Notes under the pieces: model-generated
Told to the model about the DNA's origin: nothing
The model's input: the letters and a program-made list of their open reading frames with translations, nothing else
Databases searched by the model: none
Shown here: piece by piece, positions 11,087 to 21,029 of the stretch
Layout of the letters: each line of letters begins with the position of its first letter
Numbering within the stretch: the first letter of the stretch is position 1
Assembly: GCA_019745395.1 (NCBI GenBank)
Contig: JAIETG010000010.1
Span: forward strand, 34,796 to 98,795
Reading direction: 5' to 3'
DNA from: Rhabdochlamydiaceae bacterium
GTDB lineage: Bacteria > Chlamydiota > Chlamydiia > Chlamydiales > Rhabdochlamydiaceae
Length of the DNA stretch: 64,000 bases
Translations under genes and position numbers: made by a program

Positions 11087-12178
11087 ATGCCCATTCTTTG
11101 GAAATACCTGCTAAAGGGTTACTTTCAATTATTTATCCTGTGCGTATCAGCCTTTGTCTCTGTTTTACTTGTGGTACGATTTCAAGAAATTGCGCTTTTT
11201 GCCTCCTCAGGTGCAAACCTATATCAGATCGCCCTCTTTTCTCTGTATCAAATCCCCTACATCCTACCCTTAGCTATCCCCATTTCCAGCCTGATTACCT
11301 GCATGATTTTACTACAACGAATGAGCTCTTGCTTAGAGATCACAGCTCTGAGATCCTGTGGCTTTTCCCTTGCCTCTTTATCCTACCCCCTTTTTTTGAC
11401 AGGATGTATCTTAAGCTTAGTGAATTTTACCATTGCATCAGAAATGGCCCCATTAACTCGAACCCTTGCTAAACATCTTTTGCATACAATCACAAGCAAT
11501 AACCCTTTCATAGTCATGCAAAGGGACTCTCCTGTTACACTCAAATCTTTTGATTTTGATCTGAAAAACTTAGAGCCTGGCAAAAAAGCGGAAGAAATCC
11601 TCTGTATTATGCGGCAAGATTCCCAAGAAAGGATTGGGCTTTTTTTCGCAAAAGAGCTTTCCATTGACGCACAATCCATTCACGGGAAGTCACTCTCTCT
11701 TCTTTCTAGCGTCGACCCCCAATTCTCTGGGTATGATCACTTGATTATAGAAAATCAAGAAAGCATGCAAATGAGCAAAAATACGATTACAGCACATCTT
11801 TTCAGCACAGACTGGTTTGCCAAAGACAACCTCCTTCCTTTAAAAGAAGCTTTGCATAAACATCGTACTGAAAAGGGAAACCTTATTTCCAAAACCGGAT
11901 TAGACTTGGTAAGAAGAGTTTTTTTCGGTCTATGCCCCCTCTCTTTTACTTTTATTGGTATTGCTTTTGGACTTCATATAGGTCGCAACAAAAGAAAAGG
12001 AGCAATTTTTACAGCCTTTTTCTTAGCATTCCTAATACTAGGTTCTTTTTTAACCGCTAAGACCCTAGCTAAAACCCCTATCCTTGCTTTAGCTCTATTT
12101 GTTATACCGCAACCCTTAGCGATCTTAATTAGCATGAGATCTCTACTTCGCATTTCTAGGGGGACCTGTTCATGTTAA
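11087..12178 (+). CDS. lptF: LPS export permease, YjgP/YjgQ family (LptF-like)
   Basis: 363-aa polytopic protein with three TM segments, a large loop, then three TM segments. It overlaps a second paralogous permease by 7 nt, the typical lptFG arrangement. Confidence 0.75.
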   Translation: MPILWKYLLKGYFQLFILCVSAFVSVLLVVRFQEIALFASSGANLYQIALFSLYQIPYILPLAIPISSLITCMILLQRMSSCLEITALRSCGFSLASLSYPLFLTGCILSLVNFTIASEMAPLTRTLAKHLLHTITSNNPFIVMQRDSPVTLKSFDFDLKNLEPGKKAEEILCIMRQDSQERIGLFFAKELSIDAQSIHGKSLSLLSSVDPQFSGYDHLIIENQESMQMSKNTITAHLFSTDWFAKDNLLPLKEALHKHRTEKGNLISKTGLDLVRRVFFGLCPLSFTFIGIAFGLHIGRNKRKGAIFTAFFLAFLILGSFLTAKTLAKTPILALALFVIPQPLAILISMRSLLRISRGTCSC

Positions 12179-13251
12179 CAAAGATCTGGGAACGCTACAT
12201 TTTCTTGGACCTTCTCCGATGTTTCTTGTTTTTTCTTTTTTCTTTTTTTCTTTTATATTCTTTAGTTGATTTTTCTGTGAATGCTGCGGACTTCATAAAA
12301 AACAATCACTTGCAGATAGGAAAAGTGCTCACTCACTACATGTATCAGTTTTTCAAAAGACTCCCCATGCTACTGCCCCTTGCCCTCTTAATCTCTACGA
12401 TTAAAGTGCTCTTTTCTTTAAATATACATAGAGAACTTGTCGCCTTACAAGCATCTGGCATATCCATAAAACAAATACTTCGGCCTTTTTGGATTCTCGC
12501 TAGCCTTTGCTGTATAACGGGATATATTACAGAAGAATTCATCGTGCCACAGTCTGCGGCTTATCTAGACGCAGCCAAATTTGACCAATCCAAACTTGCT
12601 AAAAAATCCCAAAAAAAGCCTTTTACAGTCCTCCACTTACAAGATTCTTCTCGTTTGGTTTATCAAAACTTCAACAAAGAAAAACAGGCATTTTTTGACG
12701 TCTACTGGATTCGATCCTTTAACGACATCTGGAGAATAAAGTACTTAAGCGCAGATCCTTTAAGGCCCCTAGGAGAATTTGCAGATCATATTGTACGCAA
12801 TGAAGCAGGATTTTTAGAAAAAAAAGAATCCTATCAACAATGTATGCTCCCTTCTTTAAAGTGGAAAACAACCGATCTATATAAAAAGCAAGCCTCTCCA
12901 AAGCACCAAAAAATCTCTCAACTAGCACACTCCTACATTCGAAATGAAAAAGAGTCATTTCACTCCAAAGGAGAAGTTCCAACCTACCTATTTTACAAAT
13001 TGATCATGCCCTTAATGCCTTTTGTGATTCTGCTGGGAGTTGCCCCCTACTGCGTAAACTATTCAAGAAATCCACCTATTTTTCTCTTATATGGAATCTC
13101 TATTTTTTGCTTTGTAGTATTTTTCACTTTAATGGACTCATTGCTCATCATTGGGAACAATCAAACTCTCCCGCCCTTAGTCGTTATGGGGCTCCCTTTT
13201 TTATTGCTTTTAGGGGGATGTTATAAAAAATTTCGCTCACTTTATTCATGA
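12172..13251 (+). CDS. lptG: LPS export permease, YjgP/YjgQ family (LptG-like)
   Basis: 359-aa paralogue with the same topology, translationally coupled to the upstream gene. Confidence 0.75.
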   Translation: MLTKIWERYIFLDLLRCFLFFLFSFFLLYSLVDFSVNAADFIKNNHLQIGKVLTHYMYQFFKRLPMLLPLALLISTIKVLFSLNIHRELVALQASGISIKQILRPFWILASLCCITGYITEEFIVPQSAAYLDAAKFDQSKLAKKSQKKPFTVLHLQDSSRLVYQNFNKEKQAFFDVYWIRSFNDIWRIKYLSADPLRPLGEFADHIVRNEAGFLEKKESYQQCMLPSLKWKTTDLYKKQASPKHQKISQLAHSYIRNEKESFHSKGEVPTYLFYKLIMPLMPFVILLGVAPYCVNYSRNPPIFLLYGISIFCFVVFFTLMDSLLIIGNNQTLPPLVVMGLPFLLLLGGCYKKFRSLYS

Positions 13252-13264
13252 AAGGTCTTACTCT

Positions 13265-14038
13265 ATGACGCCTTATACGCACTCCACTTGGAGAATAAAA
13301 CCTCTTATCGCAGCTCACTTTCTTGCAGCTTTCTTAGTCTGTAGTGTTTTTTATCCCCCCTTATACAACATTTTATGGAAAACGGCTGATAGTAGCTGTT
13401 TCTACAAGATGACTGGGCTCATTGCCTCCAGCACATTTTGGCAAAATTTTTGGGCCATTGCCAATCACAGAATAGGAGATCTCATAGAAGATGTCTTTTT
13501 TCTGGTATTCTTTCTTTGGCTGATAAAAATCACCCCTCGAGGTCAAAAACTACAAAAAAGCGCAGAATTTCTTTTTCTAGCTTTATTAACAACTGCAGTC
13601 GTACTGTTTGTTAACAATTTTCTGTTTAAGCAAGCCGTCCACATAGTTCGTCACAGTCCCTCTTTAACCCTGCCAGATGCTCCTAAATTGAGCCATTTCA
13701 TTACTTGGATCAAAGTCAAATCGGGATCTAAAGCAAGCTTCCCTTCCGACCATGCGGTAACAGCCGTGATGTTTATCTGTAATTTTCTATACCTATCGCG
13801 TAATACCTTTTTTAGTTTGTGCGTTTGCCTTTATGGGGCTTTTCTTTGCTGTCCCAGGATGATTGCAGGGGCCCACTGGCTTACGGACATTCTCTGCGGA
13901 AGCAGCTCTGTAGTTCTTATCGTTTTTAGCTGGGCTTTTTACACTCCGTTTGCTTCTTTTTGCATGAAAAAGATCCATATGCTATTTATGAAGATTGCTT
14001 CTTTATTTCCCCGACATGCTTATAAGGAAAATATATGA
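13265..14038 (+). CDS. PAP2-family membrane phosphatase
   Basis: Acid-phosphatase motifs SFPSDH (PSGH-like) and AGAHWLTD (SRxxxxxHxxxD-like) in a polytopic membrane protein. Confidence 0.7.
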   Translation: MTPYTHSTWRIKPLIAAHFLAAFLVCSVFYPPLYNILWKTADSSCFYKMTGLIASSTFWQNFWAIANHRIGDLIEDVFFLVFFLWLIKITPRGQKLQKSAEFLFLALLTTAVVLFVNNFLFKQAVHIVRHSPSLTLPDAPKLSHFITWIKVKSGSKASFPSDHAVTAVMFICNFLYLSRNTFFSLCVCLYGAFLCCPRMIAGAHWLTDILCGSSSVVLIVFSWAFYTPFASFCMKKIHMLFMKIASLFPRHAYKENI

Positions 14039-15567
14039 CTTTCATCTCTAAAGATCCCGCATTTGCCAAGCTACAAAAAATCAGCACAGAAAATACAATT
14101 TACCAATCCATTTATCTTGTGCTGGAGTGGGATCAAGAGACTTATATGCCACCCGGAGCCATTGAGGCGCGGGCAAATCAAATTGAACTTTTGTCTGGGT
14201 TTGTTCACAAACAAAAGACCTCCCCATCTTTCAAAAAAACATTAGGCCAGCTTGTAGATCTTACTACCGGAACTCCTCTTTCTAATAAATGGTCTTTGCA
14301 GGAATCTGCTTGCTTACGCCTTTGGCACAAAGACTGGGAAAAGGAATCTAAGCTCCCCTCTTCTTTTGTCAAAGAATGTGCAAAAAATTCCTCTGCCTCT
14401 TTAGCAGCTTGGAGCCAGGCTAAACAACAAGCTGATTTCTCCCTTTTCGCTCCGTATTTAGAAAAAACAGTAGCGCTCGCTCGAAAAAAAGCAAAACTCC
14501 TAGGATATAAAGAGCACCCTTACGATGCATTGTTAGATCTTTATGAACCTGACATGACCGTGGCAAAACTCACACCTCTTTTCCAAGAACTTAAAACAGC
14601 ACTTACAGAAATACTGTCTAAAACCCAAAAAGCAAAATCTCAAAACATTCCCGCGCTGCCGGGTCCTTTTGATCCTAAAATACAGATGCAAATAGGAAAA
14701 GACCTTCTACAGTCTCTTGGTTTTTCAGAGGAAATCAGCAGACTTGACGTTTCTTCTCATCCATTTTGCATAGGAATTCATCCTCAAGACACAAGAATGA
14801 CTACGAGAATTTTCCCTGATCTATTGATCAGTCACATACTCTCCGTACTTCACGAATCCGGACATGGACTATATAACACACAACTTCCTCAAGAGTATTA
14901 TGGGACTCCTATCTGTGAGCCTGTTTCTTATGGCATCGACGAAAGTCAATCGCGTCTTTGGGAAACCCTTATTGGAAGAGGAATTCCTTTTTGGAAGTTT
15001 TTCTATCCAGTTTTGCAAAAGGCTTTTCCTGAAAAATTAGGATCTTTTCCATTTTTAGACTTTTATCGAAACCTCAACACAGTAAAGCCCTCCTGCATTC
15101 GAGTTGAAGCAGATGAAGTAACTTATTGTTTACATATTATCTTGCGCTTTGAAATCGAAAAGGCCCTCATCGAAGGCTCTTTAAAGGTAAAAGATGTTCC
15201 CTCTCTTTGGAATAAAAAAATGCAGGAACTTCTAGGCATTACGCCATCTCATGATGGAGAGGGATGTCTGCAAGATATCCATTGGGCTATGGGAGGTTTT
15301 GGATATTTTCCTACCTACGCATTAGGAAATCTTGTAGCAGCTCAGCTTTTCGATACTTTAAAAAAATTGGACCCTTCTTTAGAAGCAAAGATAGAGCAAG
15401 GAAGTTTTTCCTCTATAAGAAACTGGCTTAAAGATAATATCCATAAGCACGGAAAAATCTATACAGCAGAAGAGCTGATTTTCCAAGCCACTAAAGGGCC
15501 CTTGCAAACCAGCTCTTATATTCAATATTTACAAAAGAAATATCAAGATCTCTACGGGTATTGCTAG
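14035..15567 (+). CDS. Carboxypeptidase Taq-type metallopeptidase (family M32)
   Basis: HESGHGLY (HExxH), IDESQSRLWE, DIHWAMGGFGYFPTYALGN. ~510 aa is typical for M32. Confidence 0.9.
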   Translation: MTFISKDPAFAKLQKISTENTIYQSIYLVLEWDQETYMPPGAIEARANQIELLSGFVHKQKTSPSFKKTLGQLVDLTTGTPLSNKWSLQESACLRLWHKDWEKESKLPSSFVKECAKNSSASLAAWSQAKQQADFSLFAPYLEKTVALARKKAKLLGYKEHPYDALLDLYEPDMTVAKLTPLFQELKTALTEILSKTQKAKSQNIPALPGPFDPKIQMQIGKDLLQSLGFSEEISRLDVSSHPFCIGIHPQDTRMTTRIFPDLLISHILSVLHESGHGLYNTQLPQEYYGTPICEPVSYGIDESQSRLWETLIGRGIPFWKFFYPVLQKAFPEKLGSFPFLDFYRNLNTVKPSCIRVEADEVTYCLHIILRFEIEKALIEGSLKVKDVPSLWNKKMQELLGITPSHDGEGCLQDIHWAMGGFGYFPTYALGNLVAAQLFDTLKKLDPSLEAKIEQGSFSSIRNWLKDNIHKHGKIYTAEELIFQATKGPLQTSSYIQYLQKKYQDLYGYC

Positions 15568-16040
15568 CGACGACCGCCACCACCTCCACCACGGCTTCCA
15601 CCACCGCTACGCCCGCCCCCACGATCATCGTCAAAGCCGCCACCTCTACCACGATCCCCGTTGGCACCCCTATTGGCTTGCCTATCTGCACTACGATCCG
15701 CATTGCGATCGACATTGCGATTTGCATTCCGATCTACGTTGCGGTTATACGTATTGTTGTACTCATCCCCATCACTACCCCATCCTGTTGCAGCTCCATA
15801 GATTAGGAAAGGAGTGTAGGGAAAAAGCCCACCATAAGCAGGCGTCTGTTGAGGTGGTGCAGATTCATAGATATAGGTGTTATTCGTAGAGCCTGCGGTG
15901 CAATTGGGATCCACCCCTGGCGTACAAGTAGTTGTCGTTGTACTTGTCGTTGTCGCTATTATAGAGCTGCTTTCCTCACTAGCAAACAGACCACCTGCAG
16001 AACACATAATTGCTAAAATTGCCTGTATAGACTTTTTCAT
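15564..16040 (-). CDS. Secreted low-complexity protein with an Arg/Gly/Asp-rich (RGG-like) C-terminus
   Basis: Signal-peptide-like N-terminus MKKSIQAILAIMCSAGGLFASEE. C-terminus NVDRNANRNVDRNADRSADRQANRGANGDRGRGGGFDDDRGGGRSGGGSRGGGGGGRR. Its stop overlaps the convergent M32 stop in the tetranucleotide CTAG. Confidence 0.55.
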   Translation of the reverse strand: MKKSIQAILAIMCSAGGLFASEESSSIIATTTSTTTTTCTPGVDPNCTAGSTNNTYIYESAPPQQTPAYGGLFPYTPFLIYGAATGWGSDGDEYNNTYNRNVDRNANRNVDRNADRSADRQANRGANGDRGRGGGFDDDRGGGRSGGGSRGGGGGGRR

Positions 16041-16132
16041 ATAACCACCAGCTCCCCTTTAAAGGACTTTTTTTTATTATATGCTTTAAACAATATAAAT
16101 AAATATATTTTTAAAATAAAACGCAATTAAAA

Positions 16133-16175
16133 CAAAAAAAACCCGAAAGAAAGGATTCACTCCATTCTTTCGGGG
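16133..16175 (-). terminator. Rho-independent terminator after the 16212..16982 gene
   Basis: Stem cccgaaaga / tctttcggg (9 bp), followed on the minus strand by a T8 run. Confidence 0.65.
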
Positions 16176-16211
16176 CAATACTTTTATATATTTATTACTT
16201 ACTATTAAATA

Positions 16212-16982
16212 TTATCCTTTTCTTCCAAAAAGAGATTTCTTTTTCTTAGTAGTATCAGCTGCCTCCATACGCTCTAACTGTCTCTGAAGTTTGGCAGTTT
16301 GAGCTTCTTGAATCAAACGATTAGACGAAGGCTTCTGGATTTCAGAGCTACCAGATAAGCAAAAATAAAGAATAGTACCAATGACGAGCAAATTCAAAGG
16401 AGATATACGTGGGAACACTGAATCCTTCCCACCTAATAAAGTATTATCATGCAACGTGTTGATTGTCCCGACAACTCCACCTATCACAAAGTTTAAGAGT
16501 CGAATCGGACTAGTTACCAGCCACGCAGCTCCGCCTATAACACCCATCTTTCCAGCAGCTCCGGTAGCAGTCTCTAACCCAAAGAAAAATCCACCTGTGG
16601 CAGCATTTAAAGCTCGAAAAGGAAGTAATACCGATCCTTTAACCATTTGATAAGTTCCATAGGTCATTCCAAACGTTCCACTAATTACTTGACCTATAGC
16701 ACTAGCACCGCTAAACCACGTAGACGCTCCGGTACAAATTTCCTGAGATCCACCTTTTGGATTACAAATCCAATTCTGAAAAAAATCATTCACACCTTTT
16801 TCAATATCAGAATAACTCATCGCCGGAGATTGCCCTCCTGTATTAGCATTAATCGGCGGAGCATTCTCAGGGTTCAATATCGGTATTGCTGTTGGGACTG
16901 CCGTCGGCGTAAATGTTGGCGTACTTATTGTTGGTATTGCTGTTGGTAATATTGTAGGGACATTCCCTGCAGAGCTAGTCAT
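16212..16982 (-). CDS. Hypothetical membrane protein with a Pro/Thr-rich N-terminus and Gly-rich hydrophobic segments (Inc-like)
   Basis: PTILPTAIPTISTPTFTPTAVPTAIPIL, then GGFFFGLETATGAAGKMGVIGGAAWLV...FVIGGVVGTI and LLVIGTILYFCL. Own terminator and a long AT-rich upstream spacer. Confidence 0.55.
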   Translation of the reverse strand: MTSSAGNVPTILPTAIPTISTPTFTPTAVPTAIPILNPENAPPINANTGGQSPAMSYSDIEKGVNDFFQNWICNPKGGSQEICTGASTWFSGASAIGQVISGTFGMTYGTYQMVKGSVLLPFRALNAATGGFFFGLETATGAAGKMGVIGGAAWLVTSPIRLLNFVIGGVVGTINTLHDNTLLGGKDSVFPRISPLNLLVIGTILYFCLSGSSEIQKPSSNRLIQEAQTAKLQRQLERMEAADTTKKKKSLFGRKG

Positions 16983-17324
16983 ATTATCCTCTTTTATTAA
17001 AAATGAAATATATTAATATCTATCAAATTAAAGTAACATTATATCACCAATTAATTATAAATTAAATACGACTAAATAATTTAACGAATAAATGCTGGTA
17101 AATTAAATTTCACAACACGGAAATAAAAATATTCATAGAACTAAAAGGGCAAGTGAAAATTTTATCACTGAACAATCTATATCTATATTTTTTCAAGCAG
17201 AAGACAAGCAAATATTTTACTATAGAACAAAGAAAATGAAATTTTTCAAATAAAAGATTAGTTAAACTCAAGAATTAACTTAAGTCGCTGAATTTGAGAG
17301 AATTAAGAATTTAGCGAATTGAAA

Positions 17325-17360
17325 ATAAAAAAACCCTGGAAAGTAGTCCAAGGTTTTTTT
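17325..17360 (-). terminator. Bidirectional-looking intrinsic terminator after rpsI
   Basis: aaaaaaaccctgg-aaagtagt-ccaaggttttttt: a stem with one mismatch, flanked by A7 and T7 runs. Confidence 0.6.
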
Positions 17361-17373
17361 GAATAATGAAAGA

Positions 17374-17769
17374 TTATCGTTTGGAGAATTGGAATCTCTT
17401 ACGAGCTCCAGCTCTTCCGTATTTCTTTCTTTCTCTTTTACGAGAGTCTCTAGTGAGAAATCCCATAGTTTTTAGATCGTGCTTACGGTTGTCATCTTCC
17501 CCTACAAGAGCTCTTGCGATTCCAAGTCTAGTTGCAATCGTTTGCCCTTCTAGTCCGCCACCTTTTACTCGAACTAATACATCATATTTTTCTATTGAGA
17601 GGTTACAGGTCTTTAGAGGAGAAAGAATGGTTGTTCTTTGAAGTTCTAAAGGAAAATACTCTTCTATTTTCTTGTCATTGACGATGAATTTCCCGGTGCC
17701 ACCAGCTCTTAGACGAACCGAAGCGACAGCCGTTTTTCTTCTTCCAATTCCAATTTTTTCTTGTTGCAT
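17374..17769 (-). CDS. rpsI: 30S ribosomal protein S9
   Basis: [12 protein letters not shown]...GGGLEGQ...[25 protein letters not shown] is a canonical S9 sequence. Confidence 0.95.
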   Translation of the reverse strand: MQQEKIGIGRRKTAVASVRLRAGGTGKFIVNDKKIEEYFPLELQRTTILSPLKTCNLSIEKYDVLVRVKGGGLEGQTIATRLGIARALVGEDDNRKHDLKTMGFLTRDSRKRERKKYGRAGARKRFQFSKR

Positions 17770-17788
17770 ATTACATTCCGTTGAAAGG

Positions 17789-18244
17789 TTAAGTTATCAC
17801 TTTAATGGGCTGCTGAGCTGGCATATCGTGCTGATCGTCCCCAAAAATACGCAATTTTTTCAGTTGCGCTTCTGCAAGACGAGTCTTAGGCATCATACCT
17901 TTGACTGCATGTCTAATGATATAATCTGGTTTTCTTGCTTGCATAATGCGATAAGGAACTTCGCGCATTCCACCCATAGATCCTGTGTAATAACGATAGA
18001 TCTTTTGAGCTGCTTTAGCTCCCGTTACTTTAATTTTAGAAGCATTGATAATAACGACCCCTGCTCCCCCATCTACGTGAGAAGTAAAATCTGGTCTATG
18101 CTTACCTCTAAGGATTTTAGCTACTTCAGAAGAAAAACGACCTAGCGTCTTTCCTGTAGCATCGAGCAAGAACCAATCCTTAGCAGTCTGAGCTTCTTCT
18201 TTTGTCAGAAGGATGGTCGAATTTTTCTTTGTTTGTTTCGTCAT
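17789..18244 (-). CDS. rplM: 50S ribosomal protein L13
   Basis: [28 protein letters not shown]...VVIINA...[12 protein letters not shown]. Conserved rplM-rpsI operon order. Confidence 0.95.
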   Translation of the reverse strand: MTKQTKKNSTILLTKEEAQTAKDWFLLDATGKTLGRFSSEVAKILRGKHRPDFTSHVDGGAGVVIINASKIKVTGAKAAQKIYRYYTGSMGGMREVPYRIMQARKPDYIIRHAVKGMMPKTRLAEAQLKKLRIFGDDQHDMPAQQPIKVIT

Positions 18245-18444
18245 GACTTCGCCTTATAAAATTCGTATGTTAAAGTAGCATTTTTCTGTATAAAGGAGCT
18301 AGGATACTTTTTTTTCTCTTTTTTGCCAACTATTTCCCTGACAAAAAAGGCAAAATTTTTTTTCCCTTCTATATAAGTTACTTGCTAAACTCCGAGAAAT
18401 CTTATACAATCTCCCCTAAAATTTTTTCAAAAACAAATAAAGCT

Positions 18445-19812
18445 ATGCGCACTTTAAAGACATTTTTCATCAGAACCTATGGTTGCCAGATGAACGAGCT
18501 CGACACAGAAATCATGGTTGGGCAGCTAGAAAATCGGGGACTTACCCGTATTGACGACGAAAACACAGCGGATCTTTTGATCTTCAACACTTGCTCTATC
18601 CGAGACCTAGCCGAAAGGAAGGTAATGGGCAAATTAGGCCAACTGGGAAGATCCAAGACCAAAAGAGCTATTATTGGGGTAACTGGCTGCATGGCCATGG
18701 CGAAAAAAGAATCTTTATTTCGCAAACTCCCCCATATCGATTTCATTTTAGGTACAAATAACCTGACAGATCTAAATCAAGTTCTTGACGAAGTTTTAGA
18801 CTCTGGCAAACAAACTTTACGTACAGATGACCAATTTGAAGAGAATTTAAACTATCTGGTTGCCAAGCGAGATGATCCTGTAAAGGCGTACGTTTCCATC
18901 ATCCGAGGATGTGACAAGTACTGCACTTACTGCGTAGTGCCTTATACCAGAGGGCAAGAAGTCTCTAGACCCCCAGAAAGTATAGAAGAAGAGTGTCGTA
19001 TTTTAGTCCAAAAAGGATATAAAGAGATCACTCTCTTAGGACAAAACGTCAACAGCTACGGAAAAGACCGCCCTGAATGGAACTGCTTGTTTCACGATCT
19101 ACTCTATCGCTTAGACAAAATTCCCGGGCTCGAAAGAGTGCGTTTCATGACAAGTCATCCTACAGATATCACCTTAGACCTCATGCACGCGATCCGAGAT
19201 CTCCCCTCACTTTGTGAATTCGTCCATTTTCCTATCCAGGCAGGATCTGATCGAATCTTAAAAAAAATGCATAGGATCTACACGAAGGAGCAATATTTAG
19301 AAAAAGTTGCCCTTTTACGAAGTATTGTCCCTGACGTCTGTTTAGGAACTGATATCATTGTGGGATTTCCTACAGAGACAGAAGAGGAGTTTCAAGAAAC
19401 ATACGACATCTTCAAACAGATTCGCTATTCGGTTGCATTTCTCTTTACATACAGCCCTCGCAAAGGGACTCCGGCTTTTCGATGGAAAGACGACATTCCC
19501 CTCGCTGTTAAAGAAGAAAGACTACAACGTCTTTTGAACCTACATCAAGAAATTTGCTCAGAAGAACGGCAGTTAATGCTGGGAAAAGAAATCGAAGTGC
19601 TAGTGGAAAGCCTAAACAAAGAGCAGCAGCTTAAAGCAAGAACTCGCTGCTGGAAAAATGTGATTTTTGAAGGAAAAAAAGAACTCATTGGAACCATACA
19701 AACAGTAAAGCTGCACAGCTACAGTCATCAGACTTTAATTGGAAGCTTGGAGCCAAAAAACACAGTCTTGACTCCCAATCAATCACTTTCTCTTACTGGA
19801 TGCTGTGGTTAA
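18445..19812 (+). CDS. miaB: tRNA-i6A37 methylthiotransferase MiaB (radical SAM)
   Basis: FIRTYGCQMNELD (UPF0004 N-domain), radical-SAM CDKYCTYCVVPYTRG, C-terminal TRAM-like region. The track ORF starts at a TTG at 18382. The ATG at ~18445 (MRTLKTFFIRTYGCQMN) matches usual MiaB N-termini better. Confidence 0.9.
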   Translation: MRTLKTFFIRTYGCQMNELDTEIMVGQLENRGLTRIDDENTADLLIFNTCSIRDLAERKVMGKLGQLGRSKTKRAIIGVTGCMAMAKKESLFRKLPHIDFILGTNNLTDLNQVLDEVLDSGKQTLRTDDQFEENLNYLVAKRDDPVKAYVSIIRGCDKYCTYCVVPYTRGQEVSRPPESIEEECRILVQKGYKEITLLGQNVNSYGKDRPEWNCLFHDLLYRLDKIPGLERVRFMTSHPTDITLDLMHAIRDLPSLCEFVHFPIQAGSDRILKKMHRIYTKEQYLEKVALLRSIVPDVCLGTDIIVGFPTETEEEFQETYDIFKQIRYSVAFLFTYSPRKGTPAFRWKDDIPLAVKEERLQRLLNLHQEICSEERQLMLGKEIEVLVESLNKEQQLKARTRCWKNVIFEGKKELIGTIQTVKLHSYSHQTLIGSLEPKNTVLTPNQSLSLTGCCG

Positions 19813-21029
19813 ACCACAGCATCTTGCAATCGTTTTTTAGACGTTAAAAAATGCAATCCACATAAGGCTCCTAGCGCAACAACGATGACATACAGCGCAG
19901 GGGCCATATTCCATCCTATAACTTTATATAGCCAAAGACAAATCGCAGGTGTCGGCATACCAATAAGCTCAGATCCTAAAGCTGATCCCAGGGGTAGAAT
20001 CCAATAGCGATACGCAGGAGGGGTTCTTTCAAAAGCCCAAGCATAATAAGGCGCTACAATTGCCGTTTCAGAAAATAGCAACAACCATCTGGTCCAAAAT
20101 ACTTCTTGTACATTGCTGAGCAGTAAAATGGAGCTCAGAGCAAAACCCACAACCCCTATAGACATCATAGTTTCTTTTTTTATTTTAGTGGCGATATACC
20201 CAAAAAAAGGCAAACAAAACACACTTGCTAGAAGAAGCATCGTATTCATTTGAGCCATCTTTGCTCGAGAAATACCCGTTAATAAAGGCACATAGCCGTT
20301 CATAAAAGGAAACACAAAAGCGTAGGTCATATGAGCGCATCCAGCGACCAAAATTACTACAAGCAATGGGGTGAAATTATTAGAAAACAACTCTTTAAAA
20401 TGCCGTTTAGGGATCGGCGTTCTTTCTTGTTTTTGCATAGTAAGCCGTAAAACCACTCCTAGAATCGCACTCGTTCCTCCTAACCAGAACAAGATTCTCC
20501 AATGAGTCTCTACATCGCCTAAATAGCCTAAAATCATAACAGCTCCAGAAGCAAGTAAACTTCCTCCGATAGAAGAAACATTATATAGACCACTTACCAA
20601 AGATCGCCTCTCCGGAGAAGTGCGCTCTAAAATAAAAATCGCCCCTCCACTGGTCTCTCCAGCAGCAAAAAAACCTTGCAACATTCTTCCCAAAGCTAAG
20701 CAAATAGGAGCTAAAATCCCTATATCTTTGTAAACAGGAATACATCCCATTCCCATAGTGACAAAGGCCATCCCCCATAAAGAAATACATAGAGCCCGTC
20801 TCACCCCAAATCGCTCTCCCACCCAGCCAAAATAGATAGCTCCTAAAGGCCTCATGAGAAAACCCAAAGGAAGCATCCCATATGTGCATAAAAGAGCAAC
20901 CACTGGATCTGTTTCTTCAAAAAACAAAGGGGCAATAAAAGGAGCAATAAGCCCGAAAAGCAGTTTATCATAATGCTCTAAAAGATTGCCTATTACCGCT
21001 GCGAACCTGTCTCGAAAAGATGCTATCAT
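19809..21029 (-). CDS. MFS transporter (metabolite:H+ symporter-like); substrate unknown
   Basis: 406 aa with about 12 hydrophobic segments. GERFGVRRAL loop motif between TM2 and TM3. Confidence 0.85.
   Translation of the reverse strand: MIASFRDRFAAVIGNLLEHYDKLLFGLIAPFIAPLFFEETDPVVALLCTYGMLPLGFLMRPLGAIYFGWVGERFGVRRALCISLWGMAFVTMGMGCIPVYKDIGILAPICLALGRMLQGFFAAGETSGGAIFILERTSPERRSLVSGLYNVSSIGGSLLASGAVMILGYLGDVETHWRILFWLGGTSAILGVVLRLTMQKQERTPIPKRHFKELFSNNFTPLLVVILVAGCAHMTYAFVFPFMNGYVPLLTGISRAKMAQMNTMLLLASVFCLPFFGYIATKIKKETMMSIGVVGFALSSILLLSNVQEVFWTRWLLLFSETAIVAPYYAWAFERTPPAYRYWILPLGSALGSELIGMPTPAICLWLYKVIGWNMAPALYVIVVALGALCGLHFLTSKKRLQDAVV

Noticed and set aside
15561-15806. + strand 81-aa ORF (TTATTSTTAST...) overlapping the RGG-tail gene
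   Set aside because: It is the mirror reading of a GC-rich low-complexity repeat. It starts inside the M32 gene end and has no RBS. The minus-strand ORF has a signal peptide and a defined start.
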